A stretch of DNA of 64,000 nt. Origin: Gracilinanus agilis (taxonomy: Eukaryota). The DNA is taken from contig NC_058135.1 in NCBI RefSeq assembly GCF_016433145.1, positions 243,036,932 through 243,100,931 of the forward strand, in the 5' to 3' direction. The position numbers and the translations under genes were made by a program. Shown in pieces: positions 1-12,863 of this stretch. The stretch's first letter is position 1, and each line of letters starts with the position of its first letter. The notes under the pieces are model-generated. The model was not told the origin of the DNA and ran no database searches. It worked only from the letters and a program-made list of their open reading frames with translations.

Positions 1-627
1 CTGCTCCACTTGGCCACAGAGGGAAAACTGTAAATCAGAGGATGGAAGTTGCTTAGATGGTAAAGGTTTCAGCTCAACATAAAGAAAAACTTACTAAAAA
101 TGAAGTTGCTTCCAAATGGAAAGATTCGGGGACACAATGAAGTGAGTGGAAGAAAGAGAGGAAGACTCATTTTTTTGTTGTTATTGGATTTGATTGAATA
201 GAGGCTGTATATCTATCAGGAAATCATACTTTGAGAAAGGCTCGGCTAGCTAATCTCTAAACTTGTCTCTAAGCTTCTACATGTATATATCAGTGCCCCT
301 TGAGCAGGTATTCAAGACTGAAAACAAAATGAATTTTCCCCAGATCTTTGAAGGTTGATGTATTCATATATAGATGTTCAGTTCTGGAAAAAATCACAAG
401 GTAAGCAGCACATTTTGCTTCCCCTTCAAAAAATTGTATTATTAAAATTGTAGTATTTTTGTTTGTATTTTTGTTTTTACCTTGTAATTAAGCTTATTTA
501 TTTTTTTGTTTGTAGTTTGTAAAATTGTAAATTGTAATTATAAAAATGAATATTGCTAGAAAAGTAGAAATAATTTTCACGGACCACTGAATCTTGGACA
601 AAAGGATAATTCGACATAGTAGCCAAG

Positions 628-830
628 AGGTGTGGTATAATGCATAGAGTCCTATATTCAAATGCAGCCTCTAACACTTATTTGCCATATGACCATGAGA
701 GAAAGTTACATAAGATCTCTGAACCTCAGTTTCCTCACCTGTAAAATCAGGATACGACAATACTTACTCCCATAGAATTTGTGTCTGAGAAAGATTTAAA
801 TGAGATATTGTTTGTAAAATGCTATGTATA
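628..830 (+). mobile_element. MIR/CORE-SINE remnant
   Basis: CORE-SINE hallmark CTCTGAACCTCAGTTTCCTCACCTGTAAAAT near 717-747. More MIR-like fragments at about 870-1040, 1330-1530 and throughout the window. Confidence 0.6.
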
Positions 831-3139
831 CTTTAACATGCTACATGAGCCAGCTATAGCCATAGTGGAAAAAACACAGGATTTGGAAACAATGGACCCA
901 AGTTCAAATTTCAGCACTGTATTTTCTCCCTGTAGCATCTTGGTCAAGCTAATTTACCACTATAAGCTTCAATTTTCTCTTCCAATAAAATGAGTGTATT
1001 AGACTAGGTAATCTCCAAGATCCCTCTCTGTCTCTAACCCCATCCTAAAATGTTCAAGAACCTACTTTGAAAAATAAACCAATTTTTAATCATTGGTTAA
1101 AAGACTAGAAGAAATGTCAAGAATTCTTTTTATCCTTCTCCCTGCTCTCAGAAGAAATTTTCTAATAAAGCGCTGCTTGATAGTAATTCTGACTTTAAAA
1201 TTTAAAATAAATCTTCAGAAAATACAATTACCTAATAAAATCTTGGCAAATGATTCCAACCTCTAATTTTTTCCTTATGCATAAATCACATTTCTTTTTG
1301 TTGCAGTTTAAGCCTCAGTACTATCCAGGCTAACCTAAAATAATAATACTAATGATAGTTGCTTGTGTTACAAAAGTATTGTGTGAAAGTTATCTCACTG
1401 GATCTTCATGGCAATCCTGTGAGGTAAGTAGTCCAAATGTTATTCCCATTTCACAGATTAGACTCAACATTTAAGTCATGTGACTTAAAACCCTTGTGTT
1501 CTGACTTAAAATCCAGACCACTTTCCATGGGTACTATGTTGTCTAAAAGTTCAAAGGAACTTTAAAAAAAAAACACAATCTGTTTGTAATATGAGGACTA
1601 TATGAAATGGTTTCTCAGGTGGAAATGAGATAAGGTCAAAGATGTCTATCCAAAAGGGCAATGACAAGACAAGGGGCATTTCCTCTCAGGGAGGGAATGC
1701 TTCTATTCATCTCTCTGCTGCCTTCTTCTCCTCTAGTCACTGTATTCCTCTGCCCCAATCAAGGTGAATTTAGAAATTTTTCCCTGGTACTCTTATGGCT
1801 TCTAAGCAAAACTTCCACCAGCTGGAAAGATCCTCTGGAAAAGGACTTCTTTTTAGAGTTGAATGTTTAGCTTTGAGATGTGGGCAAATTTATTTACTCC
1901 TCTAAGCCACAGCTTCCTCATTTTAAAAATGGAGCTAATAGTATTTCACCATTCTTATTATTGAAATAGGTAGTTCAATTTCCCATGCCTTAGGAATGCT
2001 GCTTATCAGAGTATGAGTATTGCAAAGATTTTTAAACACCCAGCGGTGAAGTTATCTTTAAGATGACAAAAATTTCACAGATCCCTTTGACAATTGCCAG
2101 CATCATAGCATTCATTCTGGTAGAAACACCATCATTCAAAAGAATACATGGCAAATTCTATTAGTAAAATGTTTAGCTAAATATCTATCATATCATAGGA
2201 TAAATTCTTCTAACCTGAGTCTACTGGTTTATTTTGCTTATTAAACACATGGGCCCTTGATCATTTATTTGGTTTTGCTTAGAAGTCCCTGATAGAGTTC
2301 TTATGGAATGATTGTTACCTAAATTCAGTTTTGCTTATGGACTCCTATGCACATCCTATGTGTAAAAGAGTTAACAAATCACCTATGAATAGTGACTTAA
2401 CATTTACAAAGAACTTTCTTCATGGTGAACCAGGGTGGTAGACAATGTAAGTTTTATTATCCCAGTTCTACAGATGTAGATAGATTCTGAGACTAGATCC
2501 AAATAATAAGTATAAAAATAAAGATTTGAAGCCAGATCTTTCCTGGCTTCAAATTAAGTGCTTTTTAAAAAATGTTCTTAATAAATTGACTCTCTTTTCT
2601 AATTTTGGATGAAAACAGCTAACTTCTGTTCATCTTGTTCTTCAGTCATAATGAATGTCATTCATTTAAATTCTGTATCCTAAACTATTTTTGAAAAAAT
2701 GACAATTGATAAATATAGATAAGGCACACTGGTAAGAGGATGGAAATAAAAGAGTTTTTAAATACAGTAACTATAGCCTGAAGTACTAAGTGGGAGGAAG
2801 TAGGAGTGATTTCATGTAAGAAGGAAGTCACAAAGTTCAAAAAAGGAAAGAAAGACATGTTAGGGTTGGGGATGATCTAAAAACAGGGCTTGTGATTCCT
2901 CAGAAGTCAGCGAACACTTTCATTCATATGGTGAGTAGGACATGAGCTGGAGAAGCTAGATGGAAAGTTAAATAACAATGAGTGATGGAGTGTCATGCTA
3001 GTTCAAAAGGAAATCAGCTTTCCTCACAACCCACTTAGGGCAAGCAATAAATTTTACTTCCTCTAACTGAGAAAAGAACCAGAATTAAGTGACAAATTTT
3101 CAGAGTGAGTTTGTTTAAGTATATGGGTGTTAAGTGTAT

Positions 3140-3370
3140 GAGGCAGCTAGGTAGAGCACTGGGCTTGAAGTCAAGAATATATGATTTCCAATTTTTCATC
3201 AGATATTTACAACCTGTGTGACCCTGGGAAAGTCACTTAACCCTGTTTGCCTTAGCCTCCTCATCTGTAAAATGAGTTATAGGAGAAAATGTTAAACCAC
3301 TTCAGTATCTTTGCCAAGAAAATCTCGAACAGAGTCACAAAGAATTTGACCTGAATGAATAATAATAACA
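3140..3370 (+). mobile_element. MAR1-type marsupial SINE
   Basis: GAGGCAGCTAGG tRNA-like head, CORE segment TGTGTGACCCTGGGAAAGTCACTTAACC, then RTE-like tail AAACCACTTCAGTATCTTTGCCAAGAAAA...GTCACAAAGA. Confidence 0.7.
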
Positions 3371-4059
3371 CTGAGTGTTAAGGAAGAGAAGAGTGCCTTT
3401 CTTTAAATCCAAAAAGAATTAGAGAGATGTAAGATGCTAAAGTAATAACTTGAAGATCTACTTGTAAATTAACATATTTTTAAAAGTAAAGGATCCCTTT
3501 CTCCACAACAGTTAATTATTTTGTGATAAATTAAGCCATACATATTAATATGCAGGCTTAAAGTGTCCATTAGAGAATATCCATTAGTCCATTAATTTTC
3601 AACCTTGTCCATGGACAACAAATCCCATAAACCAGATCTGGATGTGGAAATAAAACCATTCTAGAGATCTAATTGCTTTGCAAAAATAATTAAGCAACCA
3701 AGAGAATGCTATAGGAATTTGAGAACATATTCTCTATCTGATTCTCCCTAGTGATGGTTTCCAATCTTTTTCTGCCTTCCAAAGCCTCCAAAAACTTCTT
3801 CCCCTTCCCTCATTATTAATAATTATGATGCATAGTCTAACCTTCTGTAGAAGATGAAGTATAAAAGAGTAAAAAGGAAAGAGATAAATTGGATTCAGAA
3901 CCCAGTTGTGTCACCTTGAGTGAGTTCTTTTATAAAATGGAATAAATAACACTTGAAACCTTGCAGGAAGATGCTCTGTAATCTTGAGGTCCTATATGAG
4001 TAGGAATGTTTAGTATTATTATTGCTACAATAAGAAAATAGAAAGTATTAAAGGGAAAC

Positions 4060-5170
4060 CCCTTCTTTATCTTCCTCCACAAATTAAAACTTCTTAGTAT
4101 TATTGCCTATTACTCTGTCTTCCCTACCACCCTTGAAGAAAAAAAATATCCTTATTCTCTTCTCAGATTAATTCTTTCATTTACACTCATGATCCCATGC
4201 TCTCCCTCCTACATCCTCCAAGACTAGGTTCTGACAGTCCCTCTGTCTTCCTGTTCATTTTTAAATCTTGGAATTTTCCCCTCTCCACTGGAAGCTTATC
4301 TTGGTAGAAATATGCTCAGTTCTCATTAAAAAAAAATCTTCCTTTGATCCTTCCATCTCATTCTTATGCTACCCTATCTTTTTTCCCCCCTAATCATTGT
4401 TAAACTTTTTGAAACTTTACTTATCCTTCCTCTGTCCCCACTTGCAAGCTGGCTTCAGCCCTTGCCACTCTGCTGAAACTGTTTTTATCCTAGACTTTAA
4501 AAAATTACTTTCCTCATAGAAATCTGTAGTATTTTCCTCTCTTGGCTATATCTTCATTGTGAAAATTTTCTTCCTCCTTGACTTTTGAGTTCTTCTCCAT
4601 TTTACTATGTCTTCTTCAATAACTTTTGAGGTAGTTGTTCTCAAAGGATGCATCAGAACCTTCTCTTCTCTGTGCATCCTATCCCTTGGTGATTTCATTC
4701 ACTACCAGAGAATTTCTGGAAAATGGTTCCCAAATTTTCATCTTGAGCCACAGCCCCAATTGCCTATGAAACAATACCAGTTTAATATTCTATGGGCACC
4801 TCAAAGTCAACATGTCCAAAATGAGCTCGTACTCCCCCAAATCCCTAAAAAAAACCCTGTTACATTTCCAGATATCACTATTTCTCTCAGTGGACTACCA
4901 TCCATTCAGTTCCCAGTGTTTGATATTGGATATTTTATTTGACTCTACCCTCACCCCTTACCTGTCATAATTAGTCCATGATCAAGTTCTGTCATTTCTA
5001 TTTTCTCAATGGTTCTCACATACACCCTCTTCTCTCTATTTCTGCTACCATCATTTCCATTCAGGGCTTCAATATCTATCACAATAGCAATAGCTTCCTA
5101 AACAGTCTTCCATAATCCATTTTCTTGGTTTAGTTCAATTTTATGTATTTGTTGCCAGAATAATCTTTCC
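4060..5170 (+). mobile_element. Ancient L2 LINE fragment
   Basis: L2 motifs such as CACCTCAAAGTCAACATGTCCAAAATGAGCTC (about 4797-4828). Heavily degraded, boundaries approximate. Confidence 0.5.
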
Positions 5171-5177
5171 TATAAAT

Positions 5178-8100
5178 AGATATCTTGGCGGGAAGACTCA
5201 AGTATTTTATGTTTTCTGTAGTTATTTTAAATGGTATTTCGCTTTTTCTTTCTTGCTATTGGGTTTTGTTATAGTATACAGAAATGTTAATGATTATTTA
5301 TGTGCTTTTATTTTATAGCCTGCAAATTTGCTTATATTATTGTCTCAAGTAGTTTTAAAAATTGATTCTCTATAGTTCTCTAAGTACATTGTTATATTTT
5401 CTGCAAAGAGTGATACTTTTGTTTCCTCATTGCCTATTCTAATTCCTTCCATTTCTTTTTTCTTCTCTTATCACTATTACTAGCATTTCTAGTACATTAT
5501 TGAATAATAATGGTGATAATTGGTAGCTTTGTTTTATCTTTGATTTTATTTAGAAGGCTTCAAGTTTATCCTCATGCAGATAAGGCTTGCTCTTGGTTTT
5601 AGATAGAGAATACTTATCATTTTAAGAAATGCTCCATTGATTCTTATGCTTTCTAGTGTATTTAATAGAATTGAGTTATGTTTTGTCAAAGGCTTCTTCT
5701 GAATCAATTAATATAATCATATGATCTTTGTTGCTTTAGTTATTGATAAGGTTAATTATGCTGATGGTATTTTTATTATTGAACTAGCCCTGAACTACAT
5801 TCCTGGTATAAATCCTATTTGATCATAGCATATTATCTTTGTGATATAGTGCTGTAGCCTCCTTGCTAGCATATTATTTAAAATGTTTGGAACAATATTC
5901 ATTAAAGAAATTGATTTATAGTTTTCTTTTTTCTGTTTTTGCTCTCTCTAGATTAGGTATCAAAACCATGTTTGTATTGTAAAAGGAATTTGGTGGGATT
6001 CCTTTGCTCATTTTTAAATTAGTTTACACAGTACTGGGATTAATTTTTCCTTAAATGTTCAGTAAAATTCACCTGTAAATCCATCATATCCTAGGGATTT
6101 TTTTTCTTATTGAACTCATTGATTGCTTGTCCAACATTTTCCACCAAGATAGTTATTGAAGTTTCTGCTTCATCTGCTAATCTCAGCAGTTTATATTTTT
6201 GTAAATATTCATCCATTTTGCTTAGATTGTTGGTTTTACTAGCATATATTTGGACAAAATAACTCCTAATAATAGTTTTAATTTCCTCTTTATTGGTGTT
6301 ATATCTATCTTTTTTACTTTTCATGCTAGTAATTTGGTTTTCTTCTTTCTTTTTAAAAATCAAATTAACCAATTGTTTATCACTTTTATTGTTTTTTCTT
6401 CATAAAATCAGTTCCTAGTTTTGTTTATTAGTTCAATGGTTGTTTTTACTTTCGGTTTTTTATCTTTCCTTTGATTTTTAAGATTTTCATTTTGGTATTT
6501 AGATTTTTAATTTGTTCCCTTCCTAATTTTTTTAGTTGCACGCACAATTCATTGATCTGCTCTTTCTCTATTTTATTAATGTATGCATTTAGAGTTATAA
6601 TTTCCCCCCTAAGTACTGCTTTGGCTGCATCCCACAAATTTTGGTATGGTGACTTATTGTTGCCATTCTCTTTAATGAAATTATTGATTGATTCTATGAT
6701 TTGTTTTTCAGACCCACTTTTTCTTTAGGATTAGATTATTTAATTTCCAATGAACTTTTAATCTATGCATCCACAAACCTTTATTAAATGTATTTTTTTG
6801 CATTATGATCTAAAAAGGCTGTACTTCATATTTTTTACTTTCTGCATTTGGTCATGAGATTTTTATATATGGTCCAAATTTGTGAAAGTGTCATGTACAA
6901 TTTGAGAAAAAGTTATATGCCTTTTTATTCCCATTCATTTTTTCTCCAGAGGTCTATTGCATCTTACTTTTCTAATGTTCTAACTTATCTTCTTGACTTC
7001 TTTCTTATTTTATAGCTAGATTTATCTAGCTCTGAGAATGTAAAGTCGAAATTCCCCACTAGGATAATTTTACTGTCAATTTCCCCTTTAATTCCTATAC
7101 TTTTCCTTTAAGAATTGGATGCTATGCCATTTGGTGCATATGCATTTAGTATTGATGTTGTCAATGTCTATGCTTTCTTTTAGCAAGATGCAGTTTCCCT
7201 GCTTATCCCTTTTAATTAGGTCTATTTTTGCTTTTGCTTTGTCTGAAATTATGATTGTTTGGTACTTTAGCTGAATCATAATAGATTCTGCTCCAATCCC
7301 ATATTTTATCTCTATGACTCTCTGTTTCAAGTATTTTTTTTTTTTGTAAACAACATATGACTTGATTTTGTTTCCTATACATTCCACTATCTACCTCCAT
7401 TTTATGGGTAAGTTCATTCCATCCCCATCATATTTTATAGTTATTATTTCCCTCCATCCTATTTTCCTCTGTTTGTCATTCTCTCTCTTTTTATCCTGTC
7501 CCTCCACTAAAGTCTGTTTTGCTTCTGATCATTGTCTTCTTTTATCTGCTCTCCTTTTTGACACCGCTTTCTCTTAAACTCTTCCTCTCCTACTTCCTTG
7601 CTGGGTGAAATAGATTTCTATTACCAATCGAATATGTATATATATTTTCCCTTTTTAAATAAATTTAGATATTAGTGAGTTTCAATTCTTGCCTGCCATC
7701 CTCCTCCTCTGTTGTCTCCTCCACTCTAAAAGATCTTTGTGTACCTCCTTTATGTGAGATATTTCCCCCATTCTTCCTTTCTCTTTTTTCATTTTTCCAG
7801 GACATCCATCTTTATCTCCTGTTCATTTTTTAGATCTTCACAGAAATAATCAACTCCCACACTTTCTTTCTAAAAAGAAGCCTTCTAACTTCCCTAATAC
7901 TGATAAAATTATTAGAAGATACATGTATCATCTTTTCATATAGAAAGGTAAACAGTTTAACCTTATTGAGTCTCTTATGATTTCTGTTTCATATTTACCT
8001 TTTTGTGCTTCGCTTTGAAATTCAAATTTTTTTTATAGTTCTGTCTTTTCATCAGGAATGCTTGAAAGTCCTCCATTTAATTAAATATCCATTTTCCTTT

Positions 8101-8330
8101 GAAGAATTATACTCAGTTTTGCTGTTTTCCAGCTAGTTCAGAGAGTCTGGAAACTCTTGGTGCTTCCAAGGTGGTGTAATCTGAGGAAAGATTTGGTCAC
8201 TGCTTGTTTGGTTTTCACTCTGGTCTTTGCCCAAGAAGGGCCCCTAATCCTTTGGTATTGCAATTGATATTGCTATTTGGTATACTACTCCTTTGGGGTC
8301 AGAAAACATACTGACTCTCAGGGCTTCCAC
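5178..8330 (-). mobile_element. Old L1, 3'-truncated, with ORF2 5' half, inter-ORF, ORF1 tail and 5'UTR remnant
   Basis: Minus-strand ORF fragments match L1 ORF2 (MWDAAKAVLRGEIITLNAYI; IKTIIRSYFVQIYASK). ORF1 3'-end sequence (GAAGAATTATACTCAGTTTTGCTG, about 8101-8124) directly abuts 5'UTR-like sequence. Confidence 0.75.
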
Positions 8331-8379
8331 TCTCTCTTTAATAAAAATATTCCTTACTTACTGCATTTAAACTATGACC

Positions 8380-8770
8380 CAGAAGTGCATATGGGTCCAA
8401 AAAGCTAACTTTTTTCTAGGTTATTTGAATTTTAAAGCAGCATGTACAGAACAAAGGAAGTGATAGTCTCATTGTACCCTGCTCTGATTAGAAAAAAATC
8501 TGGAGTATTATGCTTAATTCTCACTATTACTTCTTAGTAAAGACATTGATAAACTGGAGTGTGTCTAGTGGAGGAAGACAATAATGGTAAAGGTACTTGA
8601 TACCACTCTCTATTAGAATCAACTGAAAGAAACAGGGATGTTTATCCTAATGAAGAGAAAACTTAGGGAGTCTTTGATGACTGCTATTAAGTGTTTGAAA
8701 AATCTGTCTGTTCTGCTTGGCTACTGAGAGATGAAATGGAAAACTTGATTGGAAGTTGCAAGGAGTCCAT
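8380..8770 (+). mobile_element. CR1/L3 LINE 3' remnant
   Basis: CTGCTCTGATTAG...TCTGGAGTATT...AAAGACATTGATAAACTGGAG...GGGATGTTTATCCTAATGAAGAGAA matches the L3/CR1 3' RT end. Confidence 0.6.
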
Positions 8771-8779
8771 CTAATTTAT

Positions 8780-9630
8780 TTTCATATAGTATGATTATAA
8801 GACCTGTCACCAGCTTAGTCACCTTCCTTTCACAATTCTCTAGAAAGGCATTATACCTTTTCTGAAGTATGGTGTCCAGAATTGACAAAAAAAGTTTAAA
8901 ATGTGGTCTATCCTAGGTAGACTATAGCACAGTTATTACCTCCATAGACCTTGCCATTGTGCCTCTCAGTATAGATCACATGAGTTTTTTGGCTACCATA
9001 TCACCCAATTGAATTACTAATTGTACATGCAGTCCACTAAAAGCCCCAAATCCTTTTCAGAGAATTATTATCTAGTAGCACCCACTCCATTTTGTGTTGG
9101 TAAAATTTATATTATGTTTTTAGCCAAAGATATATTTATCCTGATTAAAGTTCATTTCAGTTGATTCAACCTAATATTTTATCCTACAAATACTTTTGGA
9201 TCCTGAATGTGATCTAGCACAGTAGCTGTTCCATTTGCAAACTTAATAAGCATATCACCTGTGCTTTCTCTAAGTCATCTGAAAAAATAAATAAAAATTA
9301 GATATTGTTAGTAACTAATTTTAAATGAATTAATTAATAAATGTAAATGATATTTCTTGATCTTGTCTATAAGAATGATTTAAGAGCAAATGCATTTAGC
9401 AAATCCATTGCTAAAATATAGGTAAAACTTATCCACCAGATTCTCTGATATACCAATCTGGTACTCCTATCAAAAAAAGGAAGTGAGGTTAGTCTGGCAT
9501 AACTTTCTTTGATGAAACCCTTTTGAATATGTATATCCAATTACCTTCTCTTTATGGTCACTAATAATCCATCAATAGTTTATTCTCAAGTCATGTCATA
9601 ACTCAAAATTCAACTCATTAGAATACAATT
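8780..9630 (-). mobile_element. CR1/L3 LINE remnant (antisense)
   Basis: TGAAGTATGGTGTCCAGAATTGAC and AAGTGAGGTTAGTCTGGCAT are antisense L3 motifs. Confidence 0.5.
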
Positions 9631-10459
9631 TGTATTCTGCAATCCAGCCAAAATAAACTAATTGCTATCTCCTTCACAAGTTCCCTACTTTCCTGCCTCT
9701 GTGCTTTGATTCAAGTTCTTCCTTATGTTGAGAATGTTGCCCATCCCTGCTGACAGCTGAGTTTCTCTTCATCCTTTATAACCAAGGTGAAATGTTAACT
9801 TTTCCCAGACATTTTCCCTGAACCACTATATATAAATAATAACCTCCCCCCACCACCGCTTTGGATTTTACATAGCTCTTTGCTATACACTTGAACATAA
9901 TTCTGCATCATAATTATTTGTTTATGTGTTTAGTCCCCTAATTAGACTGTGAGTTCCATGAGATCAGGAGCTATATATATCCCACAGCACCTAGCATGGT
10001 ACTCATCACATAGTACACAATAACTTTTTTGTTGTTTCTTATTCGAGAAGTCATTTAGCAAAATGCAAAGTCATTTCTTAACTTTGCATTTTGTATCTAG
10101 GTATTTTAAAAAGATTATAATTTCGTGCAGGATTATAGCTTGAGAAAATCCAATTAAGGTTAAATTTCTGAGCCAATATTTCTAGTGTATCTTCCCCATC
10201 TTGGCCTCACCATATCTCAATTAAACAAGCAATGCTTAAGCAATGAGTTGATCCCTGCAGTCCTGAAGTAGCACATCACTGATACAGAGGGGATGAATTT
10301 ATGACAATATGAATGAAATATTAAATTTCAAATTAAAAATTCTGCTATTTCATATAGAAAATGGTTTGAAATAAGTTTTCTCACTTGTAAAATTCAATAT
10401 ATTTTACTCATTCATAATTGTTCAATATCATTTTATACATTTCCTTTATCAGGTATCCC

Positions 10460-10695
10460 AACTGTGGCCTAATGGAAAGAGAGTTAGTTGGTTTCATAAG
10501 CCTAGAAGATGTAGATTTAAGTTCTATTTCTGACATACTGGATATGTAATGCTGGACAAAGAATTTAACCTTTCACTGCTCTGAGCAACTTTTGAAGACT
10601 ATAAATTAAGAGAAAGTGCAGAAAAGAATGGTATTGGTTAAATGTGTTCCCTAACTTGGGATTTCCCTATACCAGTAAAATAATAAGTCCAGTCC
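10460..10695 (+). mobile_element. Marsupial CORE-SINE (subfamily not resolved)
   Basis: tRNA-like head, CORE-like segment and tail ...GGATTTCCCTATACCAGTAAAAT. A similar copy lies at about 33380-33570. Confidence 0.45.
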
Positions 10696-11225
10696 CTATT
10701 CTTACCTATGTTTCCAATTATGAAAAATTTCATAAAGTTGTCACATGCTTATATAAAGTGCATATTTACATGCATAAAATTATTTGTAAGAAATAATGTA
10801 TTGTAATACCAATAGGGCTTGCTGAATATGCTAAGGTCATTGGAGAGATAATAACATTGTTCCATAGATTAAGTTTTACTTTTATGCCTCTCCTATCTCA
10901 TCTCTCCCACTTACTCTACATGGAAGAGTATAAAGAATGTGGAGCTGAAAAAGTTGAGAGACTCAAAAGCCCAGAGCATTATTGATCAAATAGCCCTTAC
11001 ATGGATTCTATAGTTATATTTAGGAAGCTTTAAAAGATCAAAAGTGGAAGGTCTTTGTGATGTGCAGTATAGATTAGAGTGAGATAGTCCATGGACATTC
11101 AAACACAGAATTGAAGAAATTCAGTCTAAATGAAAAATTAAGACTGAGGACATTATCTTGCTGGAAGGACTCTGCTTGGAACTGGGAGCAAGGAATCTCT
11201 TGATGGGAAGAGAAAAGTCTTTTAG

Positions 11226-12064
11226 ATACCTCCTAATTAGAGAAATGCAAGTCAAAACAACTCTGAGGTACCACCTCACACCTAGCAGATTGGCTAGCAT
11301 GACAGCAAAGGAAAGTAATAAATTATGGAGGGGATGTGGCAAAATAGGGACATTAATGCATTGCTGGTGGAGTTGTGAATTGATCCAACCATTCTGGAAG
11401 GCAATTTGGAACTATGCCCAAAGGGCTTTAAAAGACTGCCTGCCCTTTGATCCAGCCATACCACTACTGAGTTTGTACCCCAGAGATATAATAATGAAAA
11501 ATATTTGTACAAAAATATTTATAGCTACACTCTTTGTGGTGGCAAAAAATTGGAAAATGAGGGGGTGTCCCTTGATTGGGGAATGGCTGAACAAATTGTG
11601 GCATCTGATGGTGATGGAATACTATTGTGTTATAAGGAATGATGATCTGGAGGATTTCTATATGAATTGGAAGAACCTCAATGAACTGATGCAGAGTGAA
11701 ATGAGCAGAACCAAGAGAACACTGAACTATCCAATGTAATGGACTTTACTACTAGTAGTGATGCAATAATCCAGGACACTCCTGAAGAACTCATAGGAAA
11801 GAATGCTATCCACATTGAGAGAAAGAACTATAGGAGTAGAAACACAAAAGAAAAGCATACACTTTATCACTTATCACTTACATATATAGGAATATGATTT
11901 GGGGTTTTGGCTTGAAAAGATTGCTCTAGAGCAAAAATGAATCACATAGAAATAGGTATGAAGTGATAACATTTGTATAACCCAGTGGAATTGCTTGTCA
12001 GCTCCGGAAGGGGGGAGGGAAAGAAAATGAATCATGTAAACATGGAAAAATATTTTTAAAATAA
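11226..12064 (+). mobile_element. 5'-truncated L1 (ORF2 C-terminus + 3'UTR)
   Basis: ORF2 C-terminal peptide [22 protein letters not shown]...[21 protein letters not shown] 13-bp TSD AAAAGTCTTTTAG flanks it at 11213-11225 and 12065-12077. Confidence 0.92.
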
Positions 12065-12832
12065 AAAAGTCTTTTAGTCAAGACTTTGGAAAAAAAGATA
12101 CAGGTCACTTCTTAAGAAAAATTAAGAAATATTTATTTGTTTTATCTAGGCAGAGCAATTGCTGGACTTATGGATGAGACAAGGGTGGCTGCTTTTCAAA
12201 AAATTCTATTTCAGAAATACTTCTGTCTTAGGAACAAGGCAGAAACTATTCATTTCACGGGGAAGAGAATCCTATAGTCAAAGACTCCAGCTGAGTTGGA
12301 AACTGGAAGAAGGAAAAAACTCCATAATCACCCATTCACAAATGCTGTGCCTGGCAGCATCCAGTGGAAACTTCAAGCCCAAGTACTGTCCATCGGAATC
12401 AGAGTGAACCCAGGGAAGAATCACATAAGTGACTCCCTGGAAGATGTCAGTGATCCTTCAGTGTTAGAAGAGTGAGTTTCACTTCCACATGATTCACCTG
12501 ACTGCATGGTCTCCCTGCTACGTGTAAGGGTGAAAAAGGGGCCCCTCCATTCACGTGTCCTGGTCATGACTATTGTCTCTATATCTATCCTTCCCCTGGG
12601 GGCTCTGGCCATATATGTCCCCTATGTAAGAGACTGTCCATAATGCATTCTGGTAATATGTGTTCCCTACTTATGCCCCTAAATGAAAGTGTCCTGGCCA
12701 CACATGTTACCTCCACACTATCATCATGACTATATTTGTTCTTGACATGCATGTTCCATCATTCATGTACCATGACCATATATATTCCCTACATATGTAT
12801 CTCTCCATATGTTTTCCCAATGCTTGTCTACC

Positions 12833-12835
<3 letters not shown>

Positions 12836-12863
<28 letters not shown>
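12836..12863. repeat. (TG)n microsatellite
   Basis: Direct reading. Confidence 0.97.

Noticed and set aside
4321-4340. TCATTAAAAA, resembling the OR H-element core 13-mer
   Set aside because: Partial match only, inside an L2 remnant and a poly-A run.
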